A stretch of DNA of 64,000 nucleotides, from contig NC_073387.1 in the NCBI RefSeq assembly GCF_028641065.1, positions 3,162,001 through 3,226,000 of the forward strand, given 5' to 3'. This document shows, piece by piece, positions 12,601-22,994 of the stretch. The position numbers and the translations under genes are program-made. The first letter of the stretch is position 1. Each line of letters starts with the position of its first letter. The notes below the pieces were generated by a model. That model searched no databases and was not told the origin of the DNA. It was given only the letters and a program-made list of their open reading frames with translations. Source of the stretch: Leucoraja erinacea (Eukaryota).

Positions 12601-12979
12601 CATCATTGCCTATAATTATCCTCATCATCTGTCATTTGTTCTGTAATAAAATGCCCTAGATATTTTATCTTATTACAGACACTATTATTACACATACATT
12701 ACCTGCAGAGCTCCCTGCACTGGCATTAACTGTTATCAAGGCAGCTCTTCACACCCCTACCTATACTATTTACCTATACAACGGCTACAGTGCAACCTAC
12801 ACTGTTACCAACAGAGTTCCCTGTCACCTACACTGTCACCTATAGACCTCCCAACTTCTACCAATACAATTCCTAGGGAGTTCCCTATTCTGCTACCTAC
12901 ATTTATCTATAGAGCTGCCCGCCCGCACTGCTACATACCATTACCCACAGAGCCCTCTGCTTTACCACCTACTGTTATG

Positions 12980-13460
12980 TTTCAAAGGTTTCAAAGATCT
13001 TTTATTGTCAAGTGTACATGTACAAGGTACAGTAATATGCGAATTACCATACAGCCATACGAAAAAAAATCAACAAGACACACAACTACATAAAAGATAA
13101 TATAAACATCCACCACAGCAGATTCCCCACATTCCTCACTGTGATGGAAGGCAAAAAAAAGTCCAAACTTCTTCCTCTTTATTCTCTATGTGAGGTTATC
13201 CACTTTGGGGCAGTTGAACCATCTGTCAGGGCGGTAGAAACTCCCGGGGCTTGGAGTGTCGGTGTCGGCGTCTGAGGTCGATCCCTGGCAAAGGATCGCG
13301 GGCTCCACGATGGTAAGTCCGCAGGCTCCCGCGGTGGAGCTCTCGAAGTCGGTCTCCAGTAAAGGCCGCTAACCCCTCGATGTTAGGCCGCAGTGCGGAC
13401 AGAGATACGATACGGAAAATAATCGCATCTCCTTCGAGGTAAGGGATTAGAAAGTTGCTT
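12980..13460 (-). mobile_element. GC-rich non-autonomous retroelement fragment
   Basis: Shares AACATCCA(C/T)CACAG...CTGTGATGGAAGGC and a TGACAATAAA plus short-repeat tail with 18180-19250 and 19352-20120. Confidence 0.6.
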
Positions 13461-13808
13461 ACATTGTTATGTACAGAGTTCCCTACACTGTTACATACCA
13501 TCACCTATGCAGCTCCCTGCACTCCTACCTACACTGTTACCTACATAGCTTCCCGTGCTTTGACCAAAACTTCGGGAGCTGCCTGCACACCTACCTACAC
13601 TTACCCACAGAGCTCCCCAGATTACTACGCAGAAATATACACACAGAGCTGCCTGTACTGCTACCCTTCATCCCCCTGCACTGCTAACGACACTGTTACC
13701 TGCATTGTTAACTGCACTTTCACCCACTCTGCTACCTATTATTAGTTTGTAACCTACAATCCAACCTGAACTGCACTGTTTCTTATTCCAATACATTGTT
13801 TCCTGCAG

Positions 13809-13861
13809 GGGGAGGAGATTGCAACCTTCACGTGGTCCGCCCTGTTTCAACTAATGCAATT
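13809..13861 (+). ncRNA. Minimal HDV-like self-cleaving ribozyme fold (best-preserved copy)
   Basis: P1, P2, P3, L3 (UUCACGU), single-pair P1.1, minimal P4 and J4/2 CUAA occur in HDV order. One A.G mismatch in P1. Confidence 0.75.
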
Positions 13862-13954
13862 AACTAATGCAATCGACTAATGCACAATCAAATAAGATCA
13901 AATAGAATACATTGTCCTACAACTTTAGGCTGTGCACGCCATACGCAAGAAGAA
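13809..13954 (+). mobile_element. Short non-autonomous retroelement with 5' HDV-like ribozyme, copy 1
   Basis: TSD GTTTCCTGCAG (13798-13808 and 13955-13965); 5' GGGGAGG-A-GATTGCA-ACC-TTCACGT-GGT-CCGCCCT-G-TTTCAA-CTAA-TGCAATT; 3' tail CATACGCAAGAAGAA. Confidence 0.85.
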
Positions 13955-14234
13955 GTTTCCTGCAGTGCTTCACAAACCTCTTCCTACAGTATATATCTGC
14001 CTATACATTACCCACACTTCTGCCGACACCGGGATCTACACCACTATCTCCACTGCTAGGTAACCTACTACTTAAATTGTTACTTAGTGTACTGTCTCAA
14101 CTGTTAGCTAGACTGCTACCTACACTACTATCAAAACACCAGCACCTACATTGGCACTTACAGCGTGTTCTATTCATCTACCTATACTGTAACTACGTAG
14201 CTACCTACACTACAGGAGACGCAAGTAAATACAG

Positions 14235-15232
14235 ATACAGGTTAAACGGAGTAACTCAATATCCCGCAGCTTCGCTCTTGCTCCCTCTCCCCAATTCGCA
14301 ACAAGGACAGAGTCCCCCTTGTCCTCACCTTACACCCCATCAGCCGTCGCGTACAGCATATAATCCCCCAACACTTTTGCCACCACCAATGGGATCCCAT
14401 TACTGGCCACATCTTCCCATCTCCACCCCTTTCTGCTTTCAGCAGAAACCATTCCCTCAGAAACTCCCTGCTCAACTCGTCCCTTTCCACCCAAACCACC
14501 CCCTCCCCAGGTACTTCCCCTGCAACCGCAGGAAATGCAACACCTGTCCCGTTACCTCCCCCCTCGACTCCATCCAAGGACCCCGACCGTCTTTTCTGGT
14601 GAGGCAGAGGTTCACGTGCACCTCCTCCAACCTCATCCACTGTATCCGCTGTTCCAGGTGTCAACTCCTGTGCATCGGCGATCGTTTTGCTGAACACCTC
14701 CGCTCAGACCGCCTTCACCTACCCGTTCTCCTGGTTGCTCAGCACTTACTAACCCTAACCCTAACCACAACTCCCTCTCCCATTCCCAATCTGACCTTTC
14801 TGTCCTGGGCCTCCTCCATTGTCAGAGTGAGGCCCAGAGCAAATTGGTGGAACAGCACCTCATATTTTGCTTGTAGACAAAAATGTTGGAGAAACTCAAC
14901 GTGTGAGGCAGCATCTATAGAGCGAAGGAAATAGGCAACATTTCGGGTTGAAACCCTTCTTCAGACTTCATATTTTCCTTGGGCAGCTTACACCCCAGCG
15001 GTATGTATATTGACTTCTCTAACTTCACATAACCCTTGCTTTCCCTCTCTCTCCATCACCTCCATCTTCCCAGTTCTCCCACCAGTCTTATTGTCTCCGA
15101 CTACATTTTATCTGTCCTGCCCGCTCCCCTGACATCAGTCGGAAGAAGGGTCTCGACCCAAAACGTCACCTATTCCTTCTCTCCAAAGATGCTGCCTGTC
15201 CCGCCGAGTTACTCCAGTATTTTGTGTCTACC
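14235..15232 (+). mobile_element. Penelope-like element fragment (GIY-YIG endonuclease region plus terminal repeat)
   Basis: PCNRRKCNTC...QRFTCTSSNLIHCIRCSRC...GDRFAEHLRS in ORF 13912-14934. Confidence 0.85.
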
Positions 15233-15685
15233 AAACAAAAGATAACTTGAAACATTAGCTCTGGAAAGATACACATCCATCGGATTCTCAAATAATTGTT
15301 GGAGCACTGCTGCCCCTTAGACCTTCAGTTTGCAATGGGATTGGTATTTGCATTGGTTTATTATTGTCATGTGTGCCAAGATACATTGAAAAACTTTGTA
15401 TTGCGTGCTGTCCAGTCAAATCTTACTATACATGAGGACAATCGAATCACACAAAAGCACAAAGGGAAAAATACCAGAGTAATGAATATAGTGTTACAGG
15501 GTTACAGATACAAAGAAAGTGCAGATAATGAAAAGTGAAGTGGCGCAATGAGGTAGTTTGGAAAATCAGGACCACCCTTAGCTGATGAGCTCTTGATCTC
15601 ATGGTCGAAGGCTGCACTGTTGTACTGAATGTGACAGTGAGTTTCATCATCTATATCCACTGCGTCTAACTTGCTCTGTTGCCAC

Positions 15686-15818
15686 TTCTTCTTTCGTGTG
15701 GCGTGCACAGCCTAAAGTTGAAGGACAACTTGTTCTATTTGATCTTCCGTTTTTGCACATCGAGTTGATTGCATTAGACGAAACAGGCGGACCACGTGAA
15801 GTTGCAATCTTCCACCCC
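15686..15818 (-). mobile_element. Short non-autonomous retroelement with 5' HDV-like ribozyme, copy 2
   Basis: TSD GCTCTGTTGCCAC (15673-15685 and 15819-15831); same body, with single-C deletions in P3 and P1'. Confidence 0.85.
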
Positions 15819-16522
15819 GCTCTGTTGCCACAAACATACTACAATCCAAAACCCAAATGCACTCGAGCAGACAATGCATCATTTTTTCCACGGGTGCACG
15901 CATTTCTACACACAGGTTGACACTGGGAAATCTTGCCCCATGCAATGTGCCCTCCTCACACAGAGACCGGATCCATGGCCTGCCACATTCCCGCTCCATC
16001 ACTCATTGTAGGGACATGTCTCGGATATGGTGCAGCACACACGTTTCTACAGGACCAGTCAAAACACTGGTCCTCCGGTGTCCATCCCTTCCCTGGCTCA
16101 CAGGAAGCAGCTGACTCATCTTGAGGAAGCCGTGCCTGCCTCATCCCATGCCAAGGCATGGTGTGATGTTTGCTAAGGCATGAATATCAATCAGTGTTAC
16201 CTTCTCTCTCGTTAGCTGGCCATGGATGTCCAGAAAGCTGTGGGTTTTATTCTAGTTGTTGACTTTAGTTGGTTTTGGGCAGCCACGGTAGAGTCATCAG
16301 TTGTTATTCAACACTGGATTGAGTTGACTGGAACAGGCAGGGTTTTAGCCAAGAGAAACATGGAATAGCCGATATTGGTTTACAAAACAAGACACAAAAT
16401 GACTCAGTGGGTCATCCCTGGAGAACTTGTATAGGTGACATTTCCAGTTGGGACTCTTCTTCAGGCTGATTCACACTGATTAGTCATGAGGACCAAGTGT
16501 TGAAGGAGCTCAGAGCCTGCAT

Positions 16523-16659
16523 GGGGTGGGAGATTGCAACCTTCACATGGTCCGCCGTTTCGACAAATGCAATCAACCTGGCGTGCACAATCAAGTAAGA
16601 TCAAATAGAACAAGTTGTCCTACAACTTTAGGCTGTGCACGCCATACGCAAGAAGAAGA
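16523..16659 (+). mobile_element. Short non-autonomous retroelement with 5' HDV-like ribozyme, copy 3
   Basis: TSD AGAGCCTGCAT (16512-16522 and 16660-16670); same body, 2-nt deletion in P1'; (GAA)n tail. Confidence 0.85.
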
Positions 16660-18284
16660 AGAGCCTGCATACGATCATAAGTGGTAGGAATAGATAAATC
16701 AAGACCTTGGCTGGGTGCTCTCCTCATTTTGAGCCAGATTTGAAGAAGAATTACCCACTGAGGCAAACTGGGTCCATACAGTGCGTAATGTGGATGCGGC
16801 TGCAGTGGATGTTCAGCTCATTCTTTGTGTTGCAATTCTGCAGATGGTGAATGTGACCAGTATTTTGTTGGATTTAGTTGAAAGTTGACCAGTATTCAGG
16901 CAAGACCAATGATCTGCACAAAGTCCTCCGGCATTACACTTACAATGGTATTGATTGATTGCATTAATATTATAAAGATTGTCAATCTCACTGTATTTCG
17001 GCAGGTTGCTCCATTTGATAGCTGAAGTTTCTCCTCATTGCAGGAAGACTAGTGAAGTTCCTCGTGTTGAAGATCTTCCAACGCCCTCGCATTGGCATCT
17101 TTACAAAAACACTGGTTGGTGGAACGAGGAGCACTGTGTGTACTTCTGGTCACCAGTCTGTAGTGAGGGATTGTCCTGGAGAGAGTGCAGACCAGATTCA
17201 CCAGATATTGACTTAAACTGGAAGACTTCAGAGTATGGGGAGTGGTGGAAAGGCTGAGCTTGTGTTCCCTGGTGTGAAGGAGGCTGTCGGATGACCTGAG
17301 GGAGGTGTACAACATTTTGAGAGATATAGATAGGGTAGATAGAAACATTTTCCTGTGTTAAGGGTATCAAGAGGACATGGGTTTAAGGTGATAAGAAAAG
17401 TGTTTTAAAGGTTTTTCGTTTACACAGAGAGTGATCGATACTTGCAGAGGAGGTGGTGGGGTAAAATATAATCACAACATTACACAGATATTTATACTGA
17501 CGCCTAAAAATGCAAAGCATTTAAGGGATACAGGCAAATGGGGTTAGTAGATGGGCACAGTTGTTGCCATGGATTTGGTGGGCTGAAGGGCCCATTTCCG
17601 TGCTGAATGGCTCTAAGACTCGATGATAGAGAGTATTTGCATTGCGGTGAGCAACTTGGTATTTCACAAATTTAGCCTGTTGTTACATAGAATGTGAAAC
17701 ATTGCAGCACAAGAACAGGACGTTCGGCCCACAATGCTTGTGCCAAACATGATCATAAGGTCATAAGCGATAGGAGCAGAATTAGGCCATTCGGCCCATC
17801 AAGTTTCCTCCGTCATTCAATCATGGCTGATCTATCTCTTCCACCTAACCTAATTCTCCTGCCTTCTCCCCATAAGCCCTAACACCCGTACTAATCAAGA
17901 ATCTATCTCTGCTTTAAAAATATCCATTGACTTGGCCTCCACAACCTTCAGTGGCAAAGAATTCAACACCTTCTGACTAAAGAAATTCCTCCTCATCTCC
18001 TTCCTAAAAGAACCTGCTTTAATTCTGAGACTATGGCCTCTGGTCCTAGACTCTCCCACAAGAGGAAACATCCCCCCCCCACATCCATGCTCTTTAAGCC
18101 TTTCACTGATGTTTCAACGAGGTCCCCCCTCATTCCTCTAAACGCCAGCGAGTACAGACCGTCAAACGCTCATCATTGTATGTTCAAAAGTTCAAAGGGT
18201 CACATACCAATCAAGGTGCAGTGAAACTCGATTTACCATACAGCCATACTACACAAAGCAACAAGACACACAACTACATAAAAG

Positions 18285-19105
18285 ATAAGATAAGATAAGA
18301 TACATTTATTGTCATTTGGACACCTTGAGGTCCAAACGAAATGCCGTTTCTGCAGCCATACATACAAACACATAGACCCAAGACGCAACATAATTTACAT
18401 AAACATCCATCACATCGCTGTGATGGAAGGCCAAATAAACTTATCTCTCCACTGCACTCTCCCCCCCCCGATGTCAGAGTCAAAGTCAACACCCCCGCCT
18501 GGCGATGGCAATTGTCCCGCGGCCATTAAGCCACGCCGGGTGGTGCGAGGTCGCACACCGGATTCTTGGTGTTAGAGCCCCCGGCGTGCGCTCGCAGAGT
18601 CCCGCAGCCATTCCAAGCCGCGCGGGGCGGTGATGTAGGCCCTGCTCCAGGAGCTCTTCAACCCCGCAACTCGGGGGAAGTCGCCGTTGCGAGAGCCCTG
18701 AAAAGCGGTCTCCCTCCAGGGACCCGCGGGCTCCCGGTGCCGCCGTCCACAGACCTGCCGTTGGGGCCTCCGACTCTCCGGTCGGGCCGCAGCAGCAGCA
18801 GCGCTCCTCCACCGCTCCACCCGCTCCGGACTCGGCCAGCCCCGCGACGGCGACAGTGAGTTGTAGCACCAGAGTCCCCGGCTTCTTCCTGTTGGAGGCC
18901 GCTCCTCGTTGCAGCCCCAACGACAACGGCCGACGAGAAAAGGTCGGGTCTCCAGTGCAGGGAGAGATTCAAAAGTTTCCCCCCACCCCCCACCCCCCCC
19001 CCCACCCCCCCCCCACCCCAACAAAAAATAACAAAAACTACATTAAAACACAGACAGAAAAATAATAAAACGCGGACAGACTGCAGAGGCCGCGCCGCCC
19101 ACCGG
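18285..19105 (-). mobile_element. GC-rich non-autonomous retroelement (821 bp) nested in a relative (18180-19250), itself inside a CR1 fragment (17750-19350)
   Basis: TSD ATAAAAG (18278-18284 and 19106-19112); TGACAATAAA plus (TCTTA)n tail. Confidence 0.7.
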
Positions 19106-19351
19106 ATAAAAGTTAACACAAACATCCACCACAGCAGATTCCCCACATTCCTCACTGTGATGGAAGGCAATAAAGTCTAATCTTCTTCAATCTTTATTCT
19201 CCCGGGGTCTAGGCAGTCGACCCATCCGTCGGGGCAATCTAAGCTCCCAAACGCACTCATTCCTGGGATCATTCTTATACACCCCTCGGGACCATCTCCA
19301 GAGCCAGTACATCCTTCCTCAGATATGGGGCCCAAATTTGCTCACAGTACT

Positions 19352-20122
19352 CGTTTATTGTCATTTGAATAGTTCAAACAAAATTAGGTTTCTGCAGTCA
19401 TAATACAAACAAAAAGCCAAAACACACAATGATACAATTCCACACAAAACATCCATCACAGTGAATCCCCAAACACCTCCTCACGGTGATGGAAGGCAAA
19501 GTCTCATCTCTTCCCCGTTCTCTGTGCCCATTCCGCTCCCGCAGTCAAGCAGCCAAACTGCTGCATCGAGTCGATCTAGGTTCCTGATGTCAAATGTTAG
19601 AGCCCCCCCCGGCGGGCGATGGTAAGTCCCGCGGCCGTTTAAGTCACGCCGGGCGATGTAAGGCCCCACTACGGGTCGATTTAAACCCCTCGATTTGGCG
19701 GAAGAAGCTGCCGTTGCGAGAGCTCCGAGAATCGGTCTCCAACCAGGGACCCGCGAGCTCCCGATGTTACCGTCCACCTGCAGCCGAAGCCTCTGAAGCT
19801 CCGAAGTCGGGTCGCAGCCGCGCGCCACCACAGCGCTCCGCACTCCAAAGTCGGCCAGATCCGCAATGGTGAGTCCGCAGGTCAATTCCGGTTGGAGGCC
19901 GCTGGCTCCACGATGTTAGGCCCAACGACAACGGAGACTCGACAAGGAAAAGTTGGGTCCCCCGTACAGGGAAGAGATTAAAAGTTTCCCCCAACCTCCG
20001 CCCCACACATATACGCAGTTAAAAATAATATAAAAACTAAAAACAAGGCATCCACTTAACAAGACAAAAAGAAATAAAAGACAGACGGATAACAGAGGCC
20101 GCTACTGACAGACACCGCCACT
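19352..20122 (-). mobile_element. GC-rich non-autonomous retroelement, same superfamily
   Basis: Collinear similarity to 18285-19105. Confidence 0.6.
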
Positions 20123-20492
20123 GATGTGTCTCTAAAAAGCATCTCAAACACCTGCCACATTTGCTTCTACCATCACCCGAGAGAGCACGTTTAAGGCATC
20201 AGCATTCTCTGTGTAAACATCTTGCCAGCACATCTCCTTTAAACTTTCTGGCCTTAAACCTATGCCTTCAAATATTTGACATCTCCATCCTGGGAAAAGG
20301 GTTGTGTTTGCCCTCTCCATGCCTCTCATTGTTTTACATTCTTCTATCAGGTCTTCTGTCAACCTGCAAAACTCCACAGAAAATGATCCAAGACTGAGAT
20401 TCAACAAGATGCAGCTGAGGGATCACTGAGGATGAAACACCTGCAAAGCTCATGGAGGAGGCAACGCAATGAGATTGATTGTATATTTGTCT

Positions 20493-20745
20493 GGGCAGCA
20501 CAGTGGTAGAGTTGCTGCCTTACAGCGCCAGAGACCCCGGATTCGATCCTGACCACAGGTGATGTCAGTACAGAATTCGTACGTTCTCCCTTTGGCTTCA
20601 TGGGTTTTCTCCGGGTGTTCCAGTTTCCTCACACGCTGGCTTTGGTAAAATTGTAAATTGCCCCAAGTGTGCAGGATAGTGCAAGTGTACTGGCTGATCG
20701 CAGGTCAGTGCTGACTCGGTGGGCCAAAGGGTCTGTTTCTATGTG
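20493..20745 (+). mobile_element. tRNA-derived V-SINE (HE1-like)
   Basis: A/B-box head (GTGGTAGAGTTGCTGCC...TTCGATCC), V-domain GTACGTTCTCCC...GGGTTTTCTCCGGG, CR1-type tail. Confidence 0.8.
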
Positions 20746-20926
20746 TAGGAAAGAACTGCAGATGCTGGTTTAAATCGAAGGTAGACACAAAATGCTGGAG
20801 TAACTCAGCGGGGCAGGCAACATCTCTGGAGAGAAGGAATGGGTGACGTTTCGGTCAAGCATGAAGAAGGGTCTCGACCCAAAACGTCACCCATTCTTTC
20901 TCCCCAGAGATGCTGCCTGTCCTGCT

Positions 20927-21121
20927 TCTTCTACTTGCGTGTGAGGCAGCAGAAGTCTGCAGCAGGGTGATGCCATCCGGTTCGACATCCATAGGTGCCC
21001 GCCCTAAAAAGGGCGCATGCTCCGAGTTGGCGCCAAGCTGCAGTGCTGCTGCTGTCTCTGTTTGTTGTCGTTCGCCTGTCTGAGGTCAGTTGACGGGACG
21101 CACCATGGGGAAGTCGACAAC
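20927..21121 (-). mobile_element. Second short retroelement with an HDV-like fold and GAAGAAG tail, inserted in a Penelope-derived repeat
   Basis: TSD CCTGTCC(T/C)GCT (20916-20926 and 21122-21132); tail CACACGCAAGTAGAAGAAG; P2 GTTGTCG/CGACAAC with J4/2 GCGAA. Confidence 0.75.
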
Positions 21122-22606
21122 CCTGTCCCGCTGAGTTACTCGAGCATTTTGGGACTGTTTCTATGCTGTACCTGCAAAGAGTATATCTTGAGCCTGAGGC
21201 TTGTCATAGAAACATAGAAAATAGGTTCGGGAGTAGGCCATTCGGCCCTTCGAGCCTGCACCGCCATTCAAAATGATCATGGCTGATCATCCAACTCAGT
21301 ATCCCGTACCTGCCTTCTCTCCATACCCCCTGATCCCTTCAGCCACAAGGGCCACATCTAACTCCATCTTAAATATAGTCAATGAACTGGCCTCAACTAC
21401 CTTCTGTGGCAGAGAATTCCACATATGCACCACTCTGTGTATAAAGTTGTCGATGCAGCTTCAAAGATGTGGCAATGGCTGTTGTCTTTAGACCCCCAGC
21501 AGGTAGTTCGACCTTGCGCAGCAGTCAATGATCTCAGCCTGATCTGAATGTCTATGGTGCAGTATGTAAAAATTGTAAATTGTCCCTCGTGTGTAAGATA
21601 ATACATGTATGGGGATTGCTGGCCAGTGTGGACTCAGAGAGCTACAGGGTCTGTTTCTGCACTGTATCTCTAACTTAATGTGTGTTAAATGCAAGGATGT
21701 TGGTGAGTTGCACACGTGGAAACAATGGATGTAGCGGCAAGAGTGAATGTGGAAGCAATTGATACTAATGAGAGGACTGAATAGAATCTGAGGAATGATG
21801 TAGCATGGATTATACCTACAGGAATAGGAGGTAGATATACGATTACTACAGTACAGATGGGTTGGAATCAGGAGTCGGAGTTAAACACCAGTGTGGGTTA
21901 GATCAGCAACATGGGATAGAAAGTGGAACACAGATCAGTCAAAATGTAAGGTAAGGGAGAGCTTTGTGGGTTGGAAACCACACCACGGGTTAGACATAGC
22001 TTCCTGAAAGAGATATCTGTTAAATAAATGTTCAGTAGATACAGATACACTTTTGTATATAGGCACATGGCTTAACCATAGGAATATGTATGACAAAAGA
22101 ATCTGGGTTGGATACAGAACATAGGAAAGATACTCGAATATGCTGGGATTTAGGTTGGATATATGAACAAACGTTGGGTGCAGGAACATGGGTTAAATAC
22201 AGGAATGTGGAATAGCACTAGAATTTGATTGGAAGATACATGAACTGGGGTCGGACACGGGAACATGAATAAGATATGAGAACATATAGACACATGAAAC
22301 TGCAGATGTTGGAATCTTGAGCAAAACACAAAGGGCCATAGGAACTCAGTGGGCCTGGCAGCATCTGTGGAGGGAATGGACAAAGAACGTTTCATGTCAG
22401 ACCCTTCTTCAGACTGTGACAAGAACAGGTGTTAGATAAACATGGGTGAGTCAGAAATGTAAATTAGATTTAGGACCATGTAATTATAATGCATTTTGTT
22501 GTCTCTGTACTGTACAATGACAATGACAATTAAAATTGAATCTGAATCTGAATCTGTACTGGTTCCAGGAATATTGGCCTGATTGAAGAACATTGGATAA
22601 ATCCAA

Positions 22607-22607
22607 T

Positions 22608-22649
<42 letters not shown>

Positions 22650-22990
22650 GGGGGGGGGCGGGGCGGGCAGCTCGCGGCCGTACAGCTCGTGGGGGGGGAG
22701 GGGGCGTCACTCGCAGCACGCAGAGCCATTGTGATGTCATCAGTCAAAGACGCTCTGTTTTATTTTCAAAGTTATTTCAGATTCTTGAACATTTTGATTA
22801 ATAACGAGAAATAATGCATGAAATTTTCAGATAAGGCGAATTTTGACCACGGCATAAATCTCTATCGGAATATGTGAAATTTCTACCATTAGCGCGTAGT
22901 TTTTTCGAGAAGATGTGACAACACACAAACAAATAAATACACACACACACACACACACATGATCAGCGCTTTATAGTTATATAAGGATAT
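22607..22990 (+). mobile_element. Possible Helentron/DINE-like non-autonomous element end
   Basis: GCGTAGTTTTTTCGAGA + (ACAA)/(CA)n microsatellite + TTTATAGTTATATAAGGAT terminus. Confidence 0.4.
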
Positions 22991-22994
22991 ATAA

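Larger units (their letters stand above)
9798..12681 (-). mobile_element. RTE-X-like LINE 3' fragment, interrupted by two insertions
   Basis: KIKYLGHFITEQMTDDED (about 12615-12670) continuing to LLRKPRWCSASNMFV (11171-11404); AATAAA plus (TTA)n tail at about 9800; probable TSD CTAT(C/T)ATTA. Confidence 0.7.
9250..14215. repeat. Degenerate ~36-38 bp tandem array (GAGCTCCCTGCACTGCTACCTACACTGTTACCTATA-like), in blocks at about 9250-9795, 12690-12975 and 13460-14215
   Basis: Recurrent GAGCTCC/CTACCTACA/TTACCTA units at regular spacing, interrupted by transposons. Confidence 0.7.

Noticed and set aside
13912-14934. 340-aa ORF as a novel gene
   Set aside because: Chimeric frame running through the ribozyme-element tail, a degenerate tandem repeat and a Penelope GIY-YIG remnant; starts at TTG
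18486-20006. Multiple 100-170 aa GC-rich ORFs on both strands
   Set aside because: Lie inside repeated non-autonomous elements, are low complexity and show no domain motifs
22607-22700. Long poly-G/poly-C runs (also about 7322, 18980, 30142, 33685, 54551) as functional G-quadruplex or proline-rich coding sequence
   Set aside because: Homopolymer expansions, several inside repeats, and prone to sequencing error
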